Assembly: GCA_020851415.1 (NCBI GenBank)
Contig: JADZCU010000030.1
Location: forward strand, 4,770 to 68,769
DNA from: Candidatus Peregrinibacteria bacterium
GTDB lineage: Bacteria > Patescibacteriota > Gracilibacteria > UBA1369
Direction of reading: 5' to 3'
Length of the DNA: 64,000 nucleotides
In this document: positions 54,388 through 64,000 of the stretch, one piece after another
Layout of the letters: every line of letters starts with the position of its first letter
How positions within the stretch are numbered: position 1 is the stretch's first letter
Program-made: the position numbers and the translations under genes
The notes under the pieces: generated by a model
The model's database searches: none
Told to the model about the DNA's origin: nothing
What the model saw: only the letters and a program-made list of their open reading frames with translations

Positions 54388-55254
54388 CTATTTTTTAGAA
54401 ACTTTTGTTTGTGCAACTTTTAATACTGTGAGAGGAAATTTAATCGTAGCGTTAAAGATTCTTAACCAACGTGATGGTTGAATAATCAAACGAAATAGCC
54501 ACTCTATTCCTAGTTTTTGAAAAATTTTAGGTGCTCTTTTTCTTATCCCGGCTATGAAATCAAATGCTCCGCCCACACCCATAATGACCTTTACCGTTGT
54601 GAGATATGGAAGATTTCTTTCGATCCAAAACTCCTGTTTTGGCGCTCCGAAGGCAACGAACAATAAATCGGGTTCCACTTCATTAATCATTTTCTGAATA
54701 TTTTTTTCTTGCTGAGTCCCTGCATTGCCGCAATAGGCACCTACAATGTTTAGCTTACGGATTTTCTGCATTTTTTCTGCGGCAATTTTGGCAACACCTT
54801 CTCCTGCTCCCAGTAGGAAAATCTTTGTTTCCGGTGTTACTTTTTGGCAAAGCGCCTGCATCATATCTGTGCCGGTTACACGCTCAGGTAAAACTGAATG
54901 TATTTTTTTTGATGAAAATACTACCTTCATAAGGCTGTTGATCCACGTTATCTTCATGCGGAATCTACTTTTTATATTCTGGGATTTTTTCAGAAAATAT
55001 GAGGCCCATAAAATTCCAATACCATCAGCAATGTTTAGGTCCGTGTTGGCGAGTGTTTTTTGAAACTGTTTATTTTTTTTACTTTCTAAAATCATTTCCG
55101 GATTTGGCGTAGCGACAAAAAATGGATGATCATCTCTTTTATGCGCAAGCTTTTGTAATAATAAAGTTAGTGCTTGATCAAAAGTTACCTTATGAAACCC
55201 GACCCCAAGGACGTCGATTTTTTCATATTCCGGATTTTGCATTGGGTTCATCAT
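54388..55254 (-). CDS. WecG/TagA/CpsF-family glycosyltransferase
   Basis: 288 aa. FVAFGAPKQEFW, GVGGAFDFIAG and EWLFRLIIQPSRW are family signatures. Confidence 0.85.
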   Translation of the reverse strand: MMNPMQNPEYEKIDVLGVGFHKVTFDQALTLLLQKLAHKRDDHPFFVATPNPEMILESKKNKQFQKTLANTDLNIADGIGILWASYFLKKSQNIKSRFRMKITWINSLMKVVFSSKKIHSVLPERVTGTDMMQALCQKVTPETKIFLLGAGEGVAKIAAEKMQKIRKLNIVGAYCGNAGTQQEKNIQKMINEVEPDLLFVAFGAPKQEFWIERNLPYLTTVKVIMGVGGAFDFIAGIRKRAPKIFQKLGIEWLFRLIIQPSRWLRIFNATIKFPLTVLKVAQTKVSKK

Positions 55255-55262
55255 TGTGAATT

Positions 55263-55982
55263 TTAGTTGCAGATTTTTTCAAAAATAATTACTAAATCAT
55301 CTGATTTCTTGATTGGTACTTTTTCGCCTTTACTTACTCCGTATTGCTCCAGAGTGCGAAACTTACTTTGATCTACCAGTTTTTGAATTTCATACGATGT
55401 AAAAGCGTGATAGTACCTTTTGATTTTTTGTCCCCATGGAACCATGGTGTCTTTTGGGGAGTATCCTCCGAATGTATATATTGATCGGGCGAAAGCTTTT
55501 AATAGAATAGACCAATTTTTTAAGTGCCATAGGTTCCAGACGGTGACGATAGCTTTCCCATCTTTTTTGAGTACCCGCTTGATTTCTTTCAGTGCCAAAA
55601 GGCGGTCTTTTTTGCTGGTTAAATGGTGAAATGCCCTAATGCTGATAATTAGATCGACGCTTTCGTCTTCGAGTGGGAGATTGAGAAAATCGCCTTCTAA
55701 AAACATGATATTTGGATGCTGTTCTTTTGCTATTTTTATAAGATTTTCGCTGTTATCTATGCCAATATAGTTGTCTTTATGGATTTTGTGAATTTCAAGA
55801 AAATTGATCAATCTGCCGTTTCCACAGCCAATATCTGCTATTTTCAGTCCTTGGTGAAGGTGGGAGGACAGAAAATTTAAATCGTTTAACATATGTTTGC
55901 GGCTGTTGTGAAACTCTCCCGCAATGTCGTTATAGGTCTTTTTGACCTCCAGGTGCTGTTTTTTGGCTTTCTTTTCTTTCAT
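55263..55982 (-). CDS. class I SAM-dependent methyltransferase
   Basis: Motif I KIADIGCGNGRL and a post-I acidic residue (IGIDNS). 239 aa. Confidence 0.8.
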   Translation of the reverse strand: MKEKKAKKQHLEVKKTYNDIAGEFHNSRKHMLNDLNFLSSHLHQGLKIADIGCGNGRLINFLEIHKIHKDNYIGIDNSENLIKIAKEQHPNIMFLEGDFLNLPLEDESVDLIISIRAFHHLTSKKDRLLALKEIKRVLKKDGKAIVTVWNLWHLKNWSILLKAFARSIYTFGGYSPKDTMVPWGQKIKRYYHAFTSYEIQKLVDQSKFRTLEQYGVSKGEKVPIKKSDDLVIIFEKICN

Positions 55983-56088
55983 ATGTCCTTATAATACCGA
56001 AAGTTTAGCACTTTTTCGAGGGTTTGGCTTGTGGTAGACTGTTATCCTCAAAATTGTATTTAACTCGTCGTTACAGTTAACCAAGAAC

Positions 56089-57690
56089 ATGAATTTAACC
56101 AAAGATACCCTTCAACCGGTTCATCAAATGTTGCGTCATGCTTATGACTCAAAGGTTTGGAGCAGGGATCATATCCAAACTTTGAAAGGACAATTTTCGT
56201 TGGCTAACAAAAGAAGTATGCTATCGAATGTTGAGTTGATTAAAGCTTATCGTGAACTTATTGAAATAGGAGAGTTACCGGACGACCGTGATTTTTGGAA
56301 ATTACTACGTAAGCGAAGTGTGCGAACACAGTCGGGAATTGCGAATATCACTGTGATTATGAAAGCGTATCCGTGTCCGGGGAAATGCATATTTTGTCCC
56401 ACAGAGCCCGGAATGCCCAAAAGCTATCTTTCCAATGAGCCGGCCATGATGCGTGCCATATTGAACGATTTTGATGCTTATAGGCAAACGATGAATAGAA
56501 TTGAGAGTTTGGAAAAAACCGGCCATCATACTGATAAAATTGATGTGATTGTTTCCGGAGGTACTTTTTCGTTTTATCCACATCGTTATCAAACAGATTT
56601 TACTCGTGGTATTTATAACGCTTTAAACTATCCGCTTCCAAAAACGAGGTCGCTTGCCGAAGCACAGAAAATAAATGAAAAAGCCAAGCGAAGATGTATT
56701 GGCTTATCTTTTGAAACAAGGCCTGACCATATTACCGAGGCGGAGCTTATTCGTATGAGAAATCTTGGTTGTACTAAAATTGAAATTGGTGCGCAAAGTT
56801 TGAATGATAAAGTGTTGGAAATGAATAAACGCGGTCATGGCGTTGCAGAAACCGCTAAAGCAATTCAATTGATTCGGGATGCGGCATACAAGATTAACTG
56901 CCACATGATGCCGAATTTGTATGGCAGTGATCCTGAAAATGATTATCAGGATTTTGTGGAACTTTTTGGTAATCCGGCTTATAGGCCGGACTGGTTAAAA
57001 ATTTACCCATGCATGGTGGTGCCTTGGTCAATGCTTGAGAAAGTACATAAAGAAGGAAAACATGTTCCTTATACTGATGAAGTTTTGCAGGAACTGCTCA
57101 TTAAAATTCAGGGGATTATTCCTGAATATGTTCGGGTGACACGTCTCTACAGAGATATTCCTGCCCCCACAATTTTGGGAGGTTCCAAAATTTCCAATAT
57201 CCGACAATTGGTTGAGGATGAAATGAAAAAAAGGGGAGTTGTTTGTCGCTGTATTCGATGTCGTGAAATAAAGGCAGAAAAAGTTATTTTTGATGATCTG
57301 ACGTTGAATGTAAATGAGTTTGATGCTTCAGAGGGAAAAGAGTTCTTTATTAGTTTTGATAATGAAAAGACTGATAAACTTGCTTCTCTTTTACGTTTAC
57401 GATTTAGCTCTTACAGTTTGAAGGGGAAGAAACACTTTATGAAAGAGCTTGAGGGAGCTGCACTTGTTCGTGAAGTTCACACCTATGGCGAACAGGTGCC
57501 AATTGAAGAACGGGAAAGAGGAGTCTCCCAGCATATTGGATTGGGACGCCGTATGATGTTGAAAGCGGAAGAGATTTCCAAAAAGAACGGTTATAAAAAA
57601 CTTGCCGTTATAAGTGGTATTGGAGTACGTGAATACTACCGTAAATTAGGCTATGTGCTTGAGGGGACTTACATGATAAAAGAACTGTAA
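56089..57690 (+). CDS. Elp3-type radical-SAM plus GNAT enzyme (tRNA wobble-uridine modification family)
   Basis: 533 aa. The radical-SAM cluster motif CPGKCIFCP (CX3CX2C), SFETRPD, the central Elp3 blocks, and a C-terminal GNAT motif QHIGLGRRMM ... YYRKLGY. Confidence 0.85.
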   Translation: MNLTKDTLQPVHQMLRHAYDSKVWSRDHIQTLKGQFSLANKRSMLSNVELIKAYRELIEIGELPDDRDFWKLLRKRSVRTQSGIANITVIMKAYPCPGKCIFCPTEPGMPKSYLSNEPAMMRAILNDFDAYRQTMNRIESLEKTGHHTDKIDVIVSGGTFSFYPHRYQTDFTRGIYNALNYPLPKTRSLAEAQKINEKAKRRCIGLSFETRPDHITEAELIRMRNLGCTKIEIGAQSLNDKVLEMNKRGHGVAETAKAIQLIRDAAYKINCHMMPNLYGSDPENDYQDFVELFGNPAYRPDWLKIYPCMVVPWSMLEKVHKEGKHVPYTDEVLQELLIKIQGIIPEYVRVTRLYRDIPAPTILGGSKISNIRQLVEDEMKKRGVVCRCIRCREIKAEKVIFDDLTLNVNEFDASEGKEFFISFDNEKTDKLASLLRLRFSSYSLKGKKHFMKELEGAALVREVHTYGEQVPIEERERGVSQHIGLGRRMMLKAEEISKKNGYKKLAVISGIGVREYYRKLGYVLEGTYMIKEL

Positions 57691-57744
57691 AAGAGATTTG
57701 ATCCCTTTTAAGTTAGGTTTGTTCACTTATATGTAATTTTTGTT

Positions 57745-60700
57745 CTAACCCTTTTCTGGGGAAACGTATTCCAGGCTGGTAATCTCCATCGGAGTTTTGT
57801 CCGGCACCGGTATTTTTGATGTTTGTATCAGTTCGGGAGGTATTTTTATTTCTGTGTCTTTATCTACAAAGGCATATCTTAAGTTGTAGGTTAGACCTCC
57901 CACCACCATGGCGGTACCAACCACCAAACCAGCTTTTTCAAAACGCTTCATGTTCTTGAGTATGCGATCGTCTTTTAAGAAATCATGAATTTTATCGATC
58001 ATTTTAGTCATGCCTCCCATTCTTTCTGCAATTTTTTCTAGTTTGGGAAGATATTTGATAAGTTTTTTTGCAGAATTTGCCATTTTCCCCTCGCTGGCAG
58101 CAATTTTCAAAAGACGTAAACGCATGTTTCCCCAAACGGAGGTTCCGCCCGATGGAACAGCTTCAATTACCGTAACGGCGTCGCCAACCAATCCAACTGT
58201 TCCCCAAAGAGCGTTGGACACACGATCCCACGTACCACTTACATCACGTTTTGTGATAATTTCTTTTCCACTTATTGCCGAGTAGTAGTTTGAAAAAGTT
58301 CCGGTCACTGGTGCTACATCCAGAACAAGTTGACCAAGTTCAGGGCCCAAATCGGTCATAATTTTATAGAGATCGCGTTCAGCGTCGTTTCTGTGCATGT
58401 ATTGATCTAGAGCAAAAACACCCACTGCCATCAATGCCATCATTTTGCAGCGCCCTTTCACTCCCTTTACTACTCGTGTCATCAGTGTGCCATCTACTCC
58501 TTCTATTGTATGTCGAAGTTGTGCATTGAGAGTTGGCGTTTTGAGATGAGAAGGTAGTTCCTCGTAGGCTTTTAAGAGTTCTTGTAGGTTTTTTTGTTTT
58601 GCCTGGGCGTGAGGTATGGTGATTTCTTTATCAAGTTTTTCTAACTTACCCATAACCTCTTCTGAATCAAGTGCGATGTTCTTGGCTTTTGCTTCTTTCA
58701 CAATTGCTTCTACTTCGGCATTAAATTTAGCCTGAAGACCTTTTTCCGTGGCTTCCATTTCCTGAGCGAGTGTATGAATGCGGTTTGCCTTTTCTGCACC
58801 TTCCAGTTTGCCGATTTCTGATGCATTTACTTTTACTGCACTGAGTTTTCGCTTACCCAGATACACTTCAAGTGCCATTAACTCTTTTTCTTTTGCTATA
58901 CGATTTACATCTGAAGGATCAAGTGCTGCAACCTCTTTGGCAATTCTTTCGGCATCTTTTTCAAGTTCGGCTGTCGCTTTAAAACTACCGTCTTTGTTGC
59001 GGAAGAGAGGTCCTTGCTTAATATTCAAAACATTTAAAGCTTTCGCTTCCTTTACACCTTGCTCCGCTTCTTTTGCGGCTCGGTTTAAATCTGCAGCAGC
59101 TTCAATACCATTTTGAGCTCCTTTCAAATCTCCTGCGGCAATTTTTTTGAATCTTTCTAAAACACCGGCGGTACCTTTTCGCACTTCATCCAAAGATTTT
59201 TTTGCATCACTAGCATGTTTTTGTACGTCATCCAGTTTCCCAGAGACACAACTTGTTTCAATGTCTTTTAAACGACGATTGATGTCATCCAATCTTTCAG
59301 CTGTTCTGTAAGAGAAATTTGTTCCAACTAGATCTTTGCGTATTGCGTTAAAATCGCTGAAATATGGCTGACTCATAAGGTCGTTGCTCATTTTTCTAAC
59401 CTTGTCTAAATTTTTTGCATCTTTCGAAAGCTCAATAATTTCTTCAAGTTGTTTGTTTAAGCCCATGAGACGGATTGAGTCCCATTTCCTTAGTATTGGG
59501 GTGAATGGACCAATAGCTGCGGACTTCATGACAAACCGCCATTCTTTACTTCCAGGCACTAAAGATTTCATAATTCTCCATATACCTCCACCTGCACTTC
59601 CGGCAGATTCGTAGATCGCTTTGTAAGATTTGAATCCTTCCCATGATGCAGATCCAAATATGTACATCATGGTTCCTCCGAAGACCATTGGAGTTAAAAT
59701 ATTTCCATCTGTATCTGGAGAAAATCCACTTCCCATAAGTTTGAAGGATTCCCAAGTGAGTTTGCCAAGAACAACCGGTATATTGGTTCCTTTCACAAGC
59801 AGAAAGGCGGTTTTTCCCAGGCTATCAAATCCGATGGAAAACTCCCCGTTTTTATAGCGAATTATATTTGCTGATTCCTTCAAGGCGTTTAATGGGTCGT
59901 CCATAATCGCTTTCAGGTATGAAGGTGCTGCTTTTTCGGTTAGTGTTGTCGGTTTTTCAGGGTCAACTGACGCCAGTCCATAGAGTGAATTGAGCATCTC
60001 TTTTGCTTCAGGACTGTTTGGATTATCGTAAGCTGCATTTACTGCATCACGGATAAGCTCTTTTCTTGAAAAGTAGAGTGCACCAAGCACAGCAGTAATT
60101 GCGGCCGCTTTCCCGGGATTTTGAGCAACGTAACTCGCAAATTTTATACCGCTTTTTAATAGTTTCTTTAATGCTTTAAATAATAAATGTCGTCCAAGCC
60201 ATAAGCCATTCATGGCCGCCATTGATTCGAGCGGGTGTTCTTTCATCCAGGTGAGAATATCATCTACGCCATTTTGGATTTGGTAACCCTCCATTGCATC
60301 TTCGACGATTAAATCGGCTCCGGGAATATTCTTCACACCCTCAATAAGTTTGTTTTTTACGGTGTCCAGTACGCCGGCTAATTCGTGGAGTATTTTGCCG
60401 CCAAAGCTATCTTTTCCCTGGCTCACAATAAACATGTAGAGGCCGGCATTGATTGCCAATCCCTTTTTCCCCATGAATTTGTATATGAGCAGAGCTCCGC
60501 CTCCTGTCCCTACGTAATCCAGCCATGACTTTTCATCACCTTGTGAAATGCCAAGCTCTTTGGCAATTTCCCCCAGATGCAAATCCTTAACAAAATTTGT
60601 TACACCTTCCGGAACCTGAATTCCTTTATCCTGACAGAATTTTTTGAAACTTTCTTTGGCCTCTGAAAAATGAATTTTTTCATCAAGCCAAGCCAGATCT

Positions 60701-61686
60701 TTTTCTACTGTTTCTTTGATGTCACCAAAGCCAAACAAAAAGGCCATGGCTTCTTTATACTTCCCCTGTTTGATCAAAGCTATAAACCCATCTATATGTT
60801 TTTTAGAAATATTGGTGAGCTTTGAAATCACTTCACCTATTTTTTCATGACCGATAATGCCTCCTAAGACCAATGTTCCAATTGCAGCCGCGATCAGTTT
60901 TTTCTTTGTTGAATTGAGTCCGACTTTCGACAACATGCTTTCAAAAAAACCTTGTTTATCTTCTCCTCCTTCTTCGCCTTGTTCATCACTTTTCTTGCTT
61001 CCGGAAAAGAAGATTTTGTACGCACCGTATGCTGCGCCGGCCATTAGTGCGGCTGTTATGAACGGATGTTTTTTTGCCTGTTTTACAACCCAATCAATTT
61101 TTGATTCCGGTTTTGAATCCTCCTTATTTCCTAATAAAACATCTCTTGTTGAAGCGCTTTTTTCGTAAATAGCTGTTGCTTTGCTTACAAATCTGCTCCA
61201 GTAAACTTTCAATTCGCGATAGAGTGGGGAAGTCGTTTTTCCTGCAATTTCCTGCAGTTTTGTCAGTGCAGCTTTCTCAGCAGCATTGAGTTTTTCTACA
61301 AAGGTTATTTTTTTGATACTGTCAAAATCGGCGAGCTCATTTGCACTCTTCCCTGCATCAAGAATTTTGGCTATGAGTGTGTACATCACCAATTCGAGAC
61401 GTTGATAAGCCGGAGCCTGCTCTTTACTTTCTTTATTAGCGTTAATACTTTGTATGTAGCCAATTGTTTCTGAATCTTCTACGGTGATTTCTTTTTCGAG
61501 AAGTTCTCGTTTAAGCCTTGAAGCTTTTTCTGCCGTACTTTCTTTTGTCTCTTTTTCTTCTTTTTTTATATTCGTTAAAGTTGGCGGAAGAGATTCTGGA
61601 GCGCCTTGTCCGTCCTTTTTCACCTCCGGATTTTGTTTTTCGTTTGGTGTTTCGGCAGGATTGTTTGTTTTTTTCTTATCTCCCAT
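57745..61686 (-). CDS. giant (1313 aa) multi-TM / coiled-coil protein of unknown function
   Basis: Single uninterrupted ORF. It has a Lys/Glu-rich N-terminus and several hydrophobic helices (e.g. HPFITAALMAGAAYGAYKIFF, LIAAAIGTLVLGGIIG, AAAITAVLGALYF, MMALMAVGVFAL, LVVGTAMVVGGL). A long charged helical region spans about residues 780-1000. Confidence 0.65.
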   Translation of the reverse strand: MGDKKKTNNPAETPNEKQNPEVKKDGQGAPESLPPTLTNIKKEEKETKESTAEKASRLKRELLEKEITVEDSETIGYIQSINANKESKEQAPAYQRLELVMYTLIAKILDAGKSANELADFDSIKKITFVEKLNAAEKAALTKLQEIAGKTTSPLYRELKVYWSRFVSKATAIYEKSASTRDVLLGNKEDSKPESKIDWVVKQAKKHPFITAALMAGAAYGAYKIFFSGSKKSDEQGEEGGEDKQGFFESMLSKVGLNSTKKKLIAAAIGTLVLGGIIGHEKIGEVISKLTNISKKHIDGFIALIKQGKYKEAMAFLFGFGDIKETVEKDLAWLDEKIHFSEAKESFKKFCQDKGIQVPEGVTNFVKDLHLGEIAKELGISQGDEKSWLDYVGTGGGALLIYKFMGKKGLAINAGLYMFIVSQGKDSFGGKILHELAGVLDTVKNKLIEGVKNIPGADLIVEDAMEGYQIQNGVDDILTWMKEHPLESMAAMNGLWLGRHLLFKALKKLLKSGIKFASYVAQNPGKAAAITAVLGALYFSRKELIRDAVNAAYDNPNSPEAKEMLNSLYGLASVDPEKPTTLTEKAAPSYLKAIMDDPLNALKESANIIRYKNGEFSIGFDSLGKTAFLLVKGTNIPVVLGKLTWESFKLMGSGFSPDTDGNILTPMVFGGTMMYIFGSASWEGFKSYKAIYESAGSAGGGIWRIMKSLVPGSKEWRFVMKSAAIGPFTPILRKWDSIRLMGLNKQLEEIIELSKDAKNLDKVRKMSNDLMSQPYFSDFNAIRKDLVGTNFSYRTAERLDDINRRLKDIETSCVSGKLDDVQKHASDAKKSLDEVRKGTAGVLERFKKIAAGDLKGAQNGIEAAADLNRAAKEAEQGVKEAKALNVLNIKQGPLFRNKDGSFKATAELEKDAERIAKEVAALDPSDVNRIAKEKELMALEVYLGKRKLSAVKVNASEIGKLEGAEKANRIHTLAQEMEATEKGLQAKFNAEVEAIVKEAKAKNIALDSEEVMGKLEKLDKEITIPHAQAKQKNLQELLKAYEELPSHLKTPTLNAQLRHTIEGVDGTLMTRVVKGVKGRCKMMALMAVGVFALDQYMHRNDAERDLYKIMTDLGPELGQLVLDVAPVTGTFSNYYSAISGKEIITKRDVSGTWDRVSNALWGTVGLVGDAVTVIEAVPSGGTSVWGNMRLRLLKIAASEGKMANSAKKLIKYLPKLEKIAERMGGMTKMIDKIHDFLKDDRILKNMKRFEKAGLVVGTAMVVGGLTYNLRYAFVDKDTEIKIPPELIQTSKIPVPDKTPMEITSLEYVSPEKG

Positions 61687-61786
61687 GAGTTTTTGTTTAT
61701 TTGCAGGTATATTTTACCATTTTTTGCCTGTTTTTACAAATATAGCAATTTATGATATAATTTGCTGATATGTAAAATGTTTCGTT

Positions 61787-63442
61787 ATGGGTAATCCGAA
61801 TGGACCATCAGAAAAGGTCGCTGCGCAGCCTAAAGTTTCTCTGGATCGTGTCCAGGAATTTATGGTGTTCAGGCCATCTGGAAAGACACTAGAGAAAATG
61901 AAGCAGATTCATGATCGAACCAAAAAAATGAGACGCGTGGAAGAGGCTTCCAGAAAGGCAGAGGAGAGGACTTTGGCCACTATGGAAATTGCCCTTGGTT
62001 TGAGAGCTCCAGATGAAGGTGCTAAAGGATTAAGTGATGAAGAACAACAAACGGTTGAAGAAACTTTTGATGAAATGAAAAAGGAGGGGAGTAATGAAAC
62101 CGATTTAGAGGCTGTGCGTGAAGCTACTATGGGTTCTTTGCGAGTTCAGAAATTTTATAAAATTCATTACGATAAGTGGAAGGTTGAGTATCAGAAAATC
62201 TGTGATAAAGATCCGGGTTTTGCTTTGCGAATGACGATGCATGAGTATCTGAAAGAGAAGGGTATTCAATTTATTAAGGCATCAGGCAAAGAACTTATCC
62301 GCAAAAGTAATGAGGACTTTTATAAGCAAAAATCCGGTAAAGATAAAGTGACAGAAACAGAATTGAAAGATTTTAATCAAAAAATTAGTTCATATGTAAA
62401 AATAAATAGAGAAAAACTTACCGCCTATTATTCTTTGGAACCAGCAGAACAAAAGAAACTTTATGCAGCATTCAGTGGGGTTTTAGTAGCTGCAGGCCTT
62501 AAGGTAACTGATGCTGAATCTAAAAAGTTTTTTGAGGAACTTATTGGTCACATTGAGTATGAATATCTGGCAATCAGCGATTATGAATCAACATCCGATG
62601 ACATGTGTGATGCTGCTGAATTGAACTTGTCGGAAGAGCAGTGGCAAATGATGCGTCAGAAGGCGTTGGAGAAAAATGCAAAAGGGGAGTTGCAAGAATA
62701 TTTGCAGCAGCAAAAGTCTCCTCTGCCGGACTTTGGAGCTGCGGGTGCGCTGCCTGATTATAATGCTCTGTCTGAATCTTCTTATAAATCAGTTACAGAT
62801 GTAGCGCATTCAAGCGGAGTTAATTTACGACCGGCGCCAGGAAAGGGGAATAACGTTTTTTATTTGGACTTCCCTACTATTAAGGATAAAAAGTTCGCCC
62901 CGCTTTTAAAGGTAGTTTTTCCTCCGGGAGTGACTGATATTAACAAAGCTCGTTTTTACATTGAGCAGCCGTGGGCTGATAAAGATGCAGAAAGTAAGGC
63001 TCAACCAATAGATAAGCAAACTACTATTTCCTACTCTGCGGCTGAAGTCCCTTTGGCGATCAATATGATGATCTTGGACTACCTTTTAAATAAAGGTATC
63101 CCGCTTAAGTCATCTCCAACTGAATCCATTGGTCCAAACGATATGTTAAAAGACCAGGATATGATTCATATGGCGGAGCGTCTTTTTGGCTTTAAGCTCA
63201 GCGAAAGACGTATGTTGGATGAACAGTTTACCTTATTCAAACATTTCTTGACCGTATTATTGAGAGATGATCAAAAGAGTTCGCTGCAGGAGAGGATTAA
63301 GAAGGCGAGGGTGGCTATAGACAATGATGGTCTGATCCCATTTATTCGCAAGGCTTTGAAATCTGAAGGATCTGTTGTAAAAACACTTGATGAATTAATT
63401 GCTGAAGCAAAATTGGATCAGCAGGGAAAAAAGAAAACGTAG
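61787..63442 (+). CDS. hypothetical soluble protein (551 aa)
   Basis: Long ORF transcribed divergently from the giant gene (100-nt shared upstream region). Charged and helical, with no TM helix and no motif recognised. Confidence 0.6.
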   Translation: MGNPNGPSEKVAAQPKVSLDRVQEFMVFRPSGKTLEKMKQIHDRTKKMRRVEEASRKAEERTLATMEIALGLRAPDEGAKGLSDEEQQTVEETFDEMKKEGSNETDLEAVREATMGSLRVQKFYKIHYDKWKVEYQKICDKDPGFALRMTMHEYLKEKGIQFIKASGKELIRKSNEDFYKQKSGKDKVTETELKDFNQKISSYVKINREKLTAYYSLEPAEQKKLYAAFSGVLVAAGLKVTDAESKKFFEELIGHIEYEYLAISDYESTSDDMCDAAELNLSEEQWQMMRQKALEKNAKGELQEYLQQQKSPLPDFGAAGALPDYNALSESSYKSVTDVAHSSGVNLRPAPGKGNNVFYLDFPTIKDKKFAPLLKVVFPPGVTDINKARFYIEQPWADKDAESKAQPIDKQTTISYSAAEVPLAINMMILDYLLNKGIPLKSSPTESIGPNDMLKDQDMIHMAERLFGFKLSERRMLDEQFTLFKHFLTVLLRDDQKSSLQERIKKARVAIDNDGLIPFIRKALKSEGSVVKTLDELIAEAKLDQQGKKKT

Positions 63443-63502
63443 TTTGAAAATTTAACTCAATAGGGTAGTCGACTTCGACTTTTCTTAGGACTTTCGATGC
63501 AT

Positions 63503-63540
63503 CTTTTATTTTGCACAATATATCTTGTGCAAATAAAAAG
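63503..63540. terminator. bidirectional terminator-like hairpin
   Basis: The core stem TTGCACAA (63511-63518) / TTGTGCAA (63525-63532) has the loop TATATC. A/T-rich arms extend the stem (CTTTTATT ... AATAAAAAG). It lies between convergent genes. Confidence 0.55.
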
Positions 63541-63668
63541 GTGGGTATGAATAAATAATGTGCTCAATATGGCTTATTTAAGCCTTCCTGTCTAAATCTT
63601 CGTTTATAGAGGTTTTTGTTCTTTTTTGGTGTTTCTATACCTTTCGACTGCTCAACTCAAATTCGTTT

Positions 63669-64000
63669 TTATCGTTTTTTACCAAATTCAATAATTTTTT
63701 CTAAAATCTCACGGGGTGTCATTGGTACTGGTTCAGCCAAGGCCTGGTGATAAAAAACTGTTGATGGTGTTAAACCCGGCAATGTATTTGCTTCAATAAC
63801 TATGAGGTCACCGGTTTTGGTATTCATAAATGTATCAATGCGTGAATAACCCTCGATACCTAATGATTCGGCAACAAGTTTTATATGTTTTTTTACTGTG
63901 TCAATTGCCTGCTTACTTACAAAAGGCTCTGGAGGTGGTGTCAAGTTGACGCCTGTGCCGCCCATGAACTTTTCTTCCAGGCTTAACACTTCCTGACTTG
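63669..64000 (-). CDS. ddl: D-alanine--D-alanine ligase, C-terminal part (N-terminus beyond window)
   Basis: GYSRIDTFMNTKTGDLIVIEANTLPGLTPSTVF is the Ddl ATP-grasp C-terminal block. The frame stays open to the right edge (…SQEVLSLEEKFMGG…). Confidence 0.85.
   Translation of the reverse strand, partial: SQEVLSLEEKFMGGTGVNLTPPPEPFVSKQAIDTVKKHIKLVAESLGIEGYSRIDTFMNTKTGDLIVIEANTLPGLTPSTVFYHQALAEPVPMTPREILEKIIEFGKKR

Noticed and set aside
1-64000. Alternative genetic code (UGA recoding, as in some candidate phyla)
   Set aside because: TGA terminates well-defined genes at the expected protein ends (e.g. the MerR-family gene at 2892-2894 and the island lipoprotein). All conserved proteins are full-length under the standard code.

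Overview
The window looks like chromosome from a small-genome, probably uncultivated bacterium. The gene content resembles Patescibacteria/CPR, but that placement is inference only. The standard genetic code applies: ORFs are long and uninterrupted, and TGA is used as a stop.

About 60 protein genes are tightly packed on both strands.

Recognisable core genes:
- Pentose-phosphate genes: gnd at the left edge and a tal-pgi-tkt operon at 11.6-15.6 kb.
- A purine block (purA, divergent purC-purE-purB), followed by dcd.
- ileS, secG, rplI-ruvX, ridA, thrC, pgk, ribH-ribE, ssb, fmt, an NrnA-like DHH phosphoesterase, lepB, coaE and gatB.
- An Elp3-type radical-SAM/GNAT enzyme.
- ddl at the right edge.
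- Envelope genes: an SLH/M23 peptidase, a GT2, an O-antigen-ligase-like protein, a TagA/WecG-family enzyme and two orphan solute-binding proteins.

I found no rRNA, tRNA, CRISPR array, transposase or integrase.

Non-core content worth attention:
1. An AT-rich accessory islet at 7.49-11.63 kb. It holds a PIN/AbrB toxin-antitoxin pair with a near-consensus promoter and operator-like repeats, a stand-alone HD (small alarmone hydrolase-like) gene, an unknown basic 138-aa protein, a relic of a second antitoxin gene, a 51-codon membrane micro-ORF, and a DUF262/DUF1524 (GmrSD/SspE-like) nuclease placed directly behind tkt.
2. A ~1.1 kb segment at 48.43-49.52 kb whose G+C content and codon usage differ sharply from its neighbours. 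It encodes one lipoprotein and is flanked by ORF-free DNA, including a 543-nt hairpin-dense spacer.
3. A class-I glutamine amidotransferase-like gene split by a +1 frameshift at about 35.62 kb.
4. A metazoan-type (class II) PurE next to purC.
5. An orphan TraD/VirD4-like ATPase.
6. A divergent pair of very large unknown proteins at 57.7-63.4 kb.

I cannot assign any of these as a new system from sequence alone. The candidates are flagged with explicit tests.
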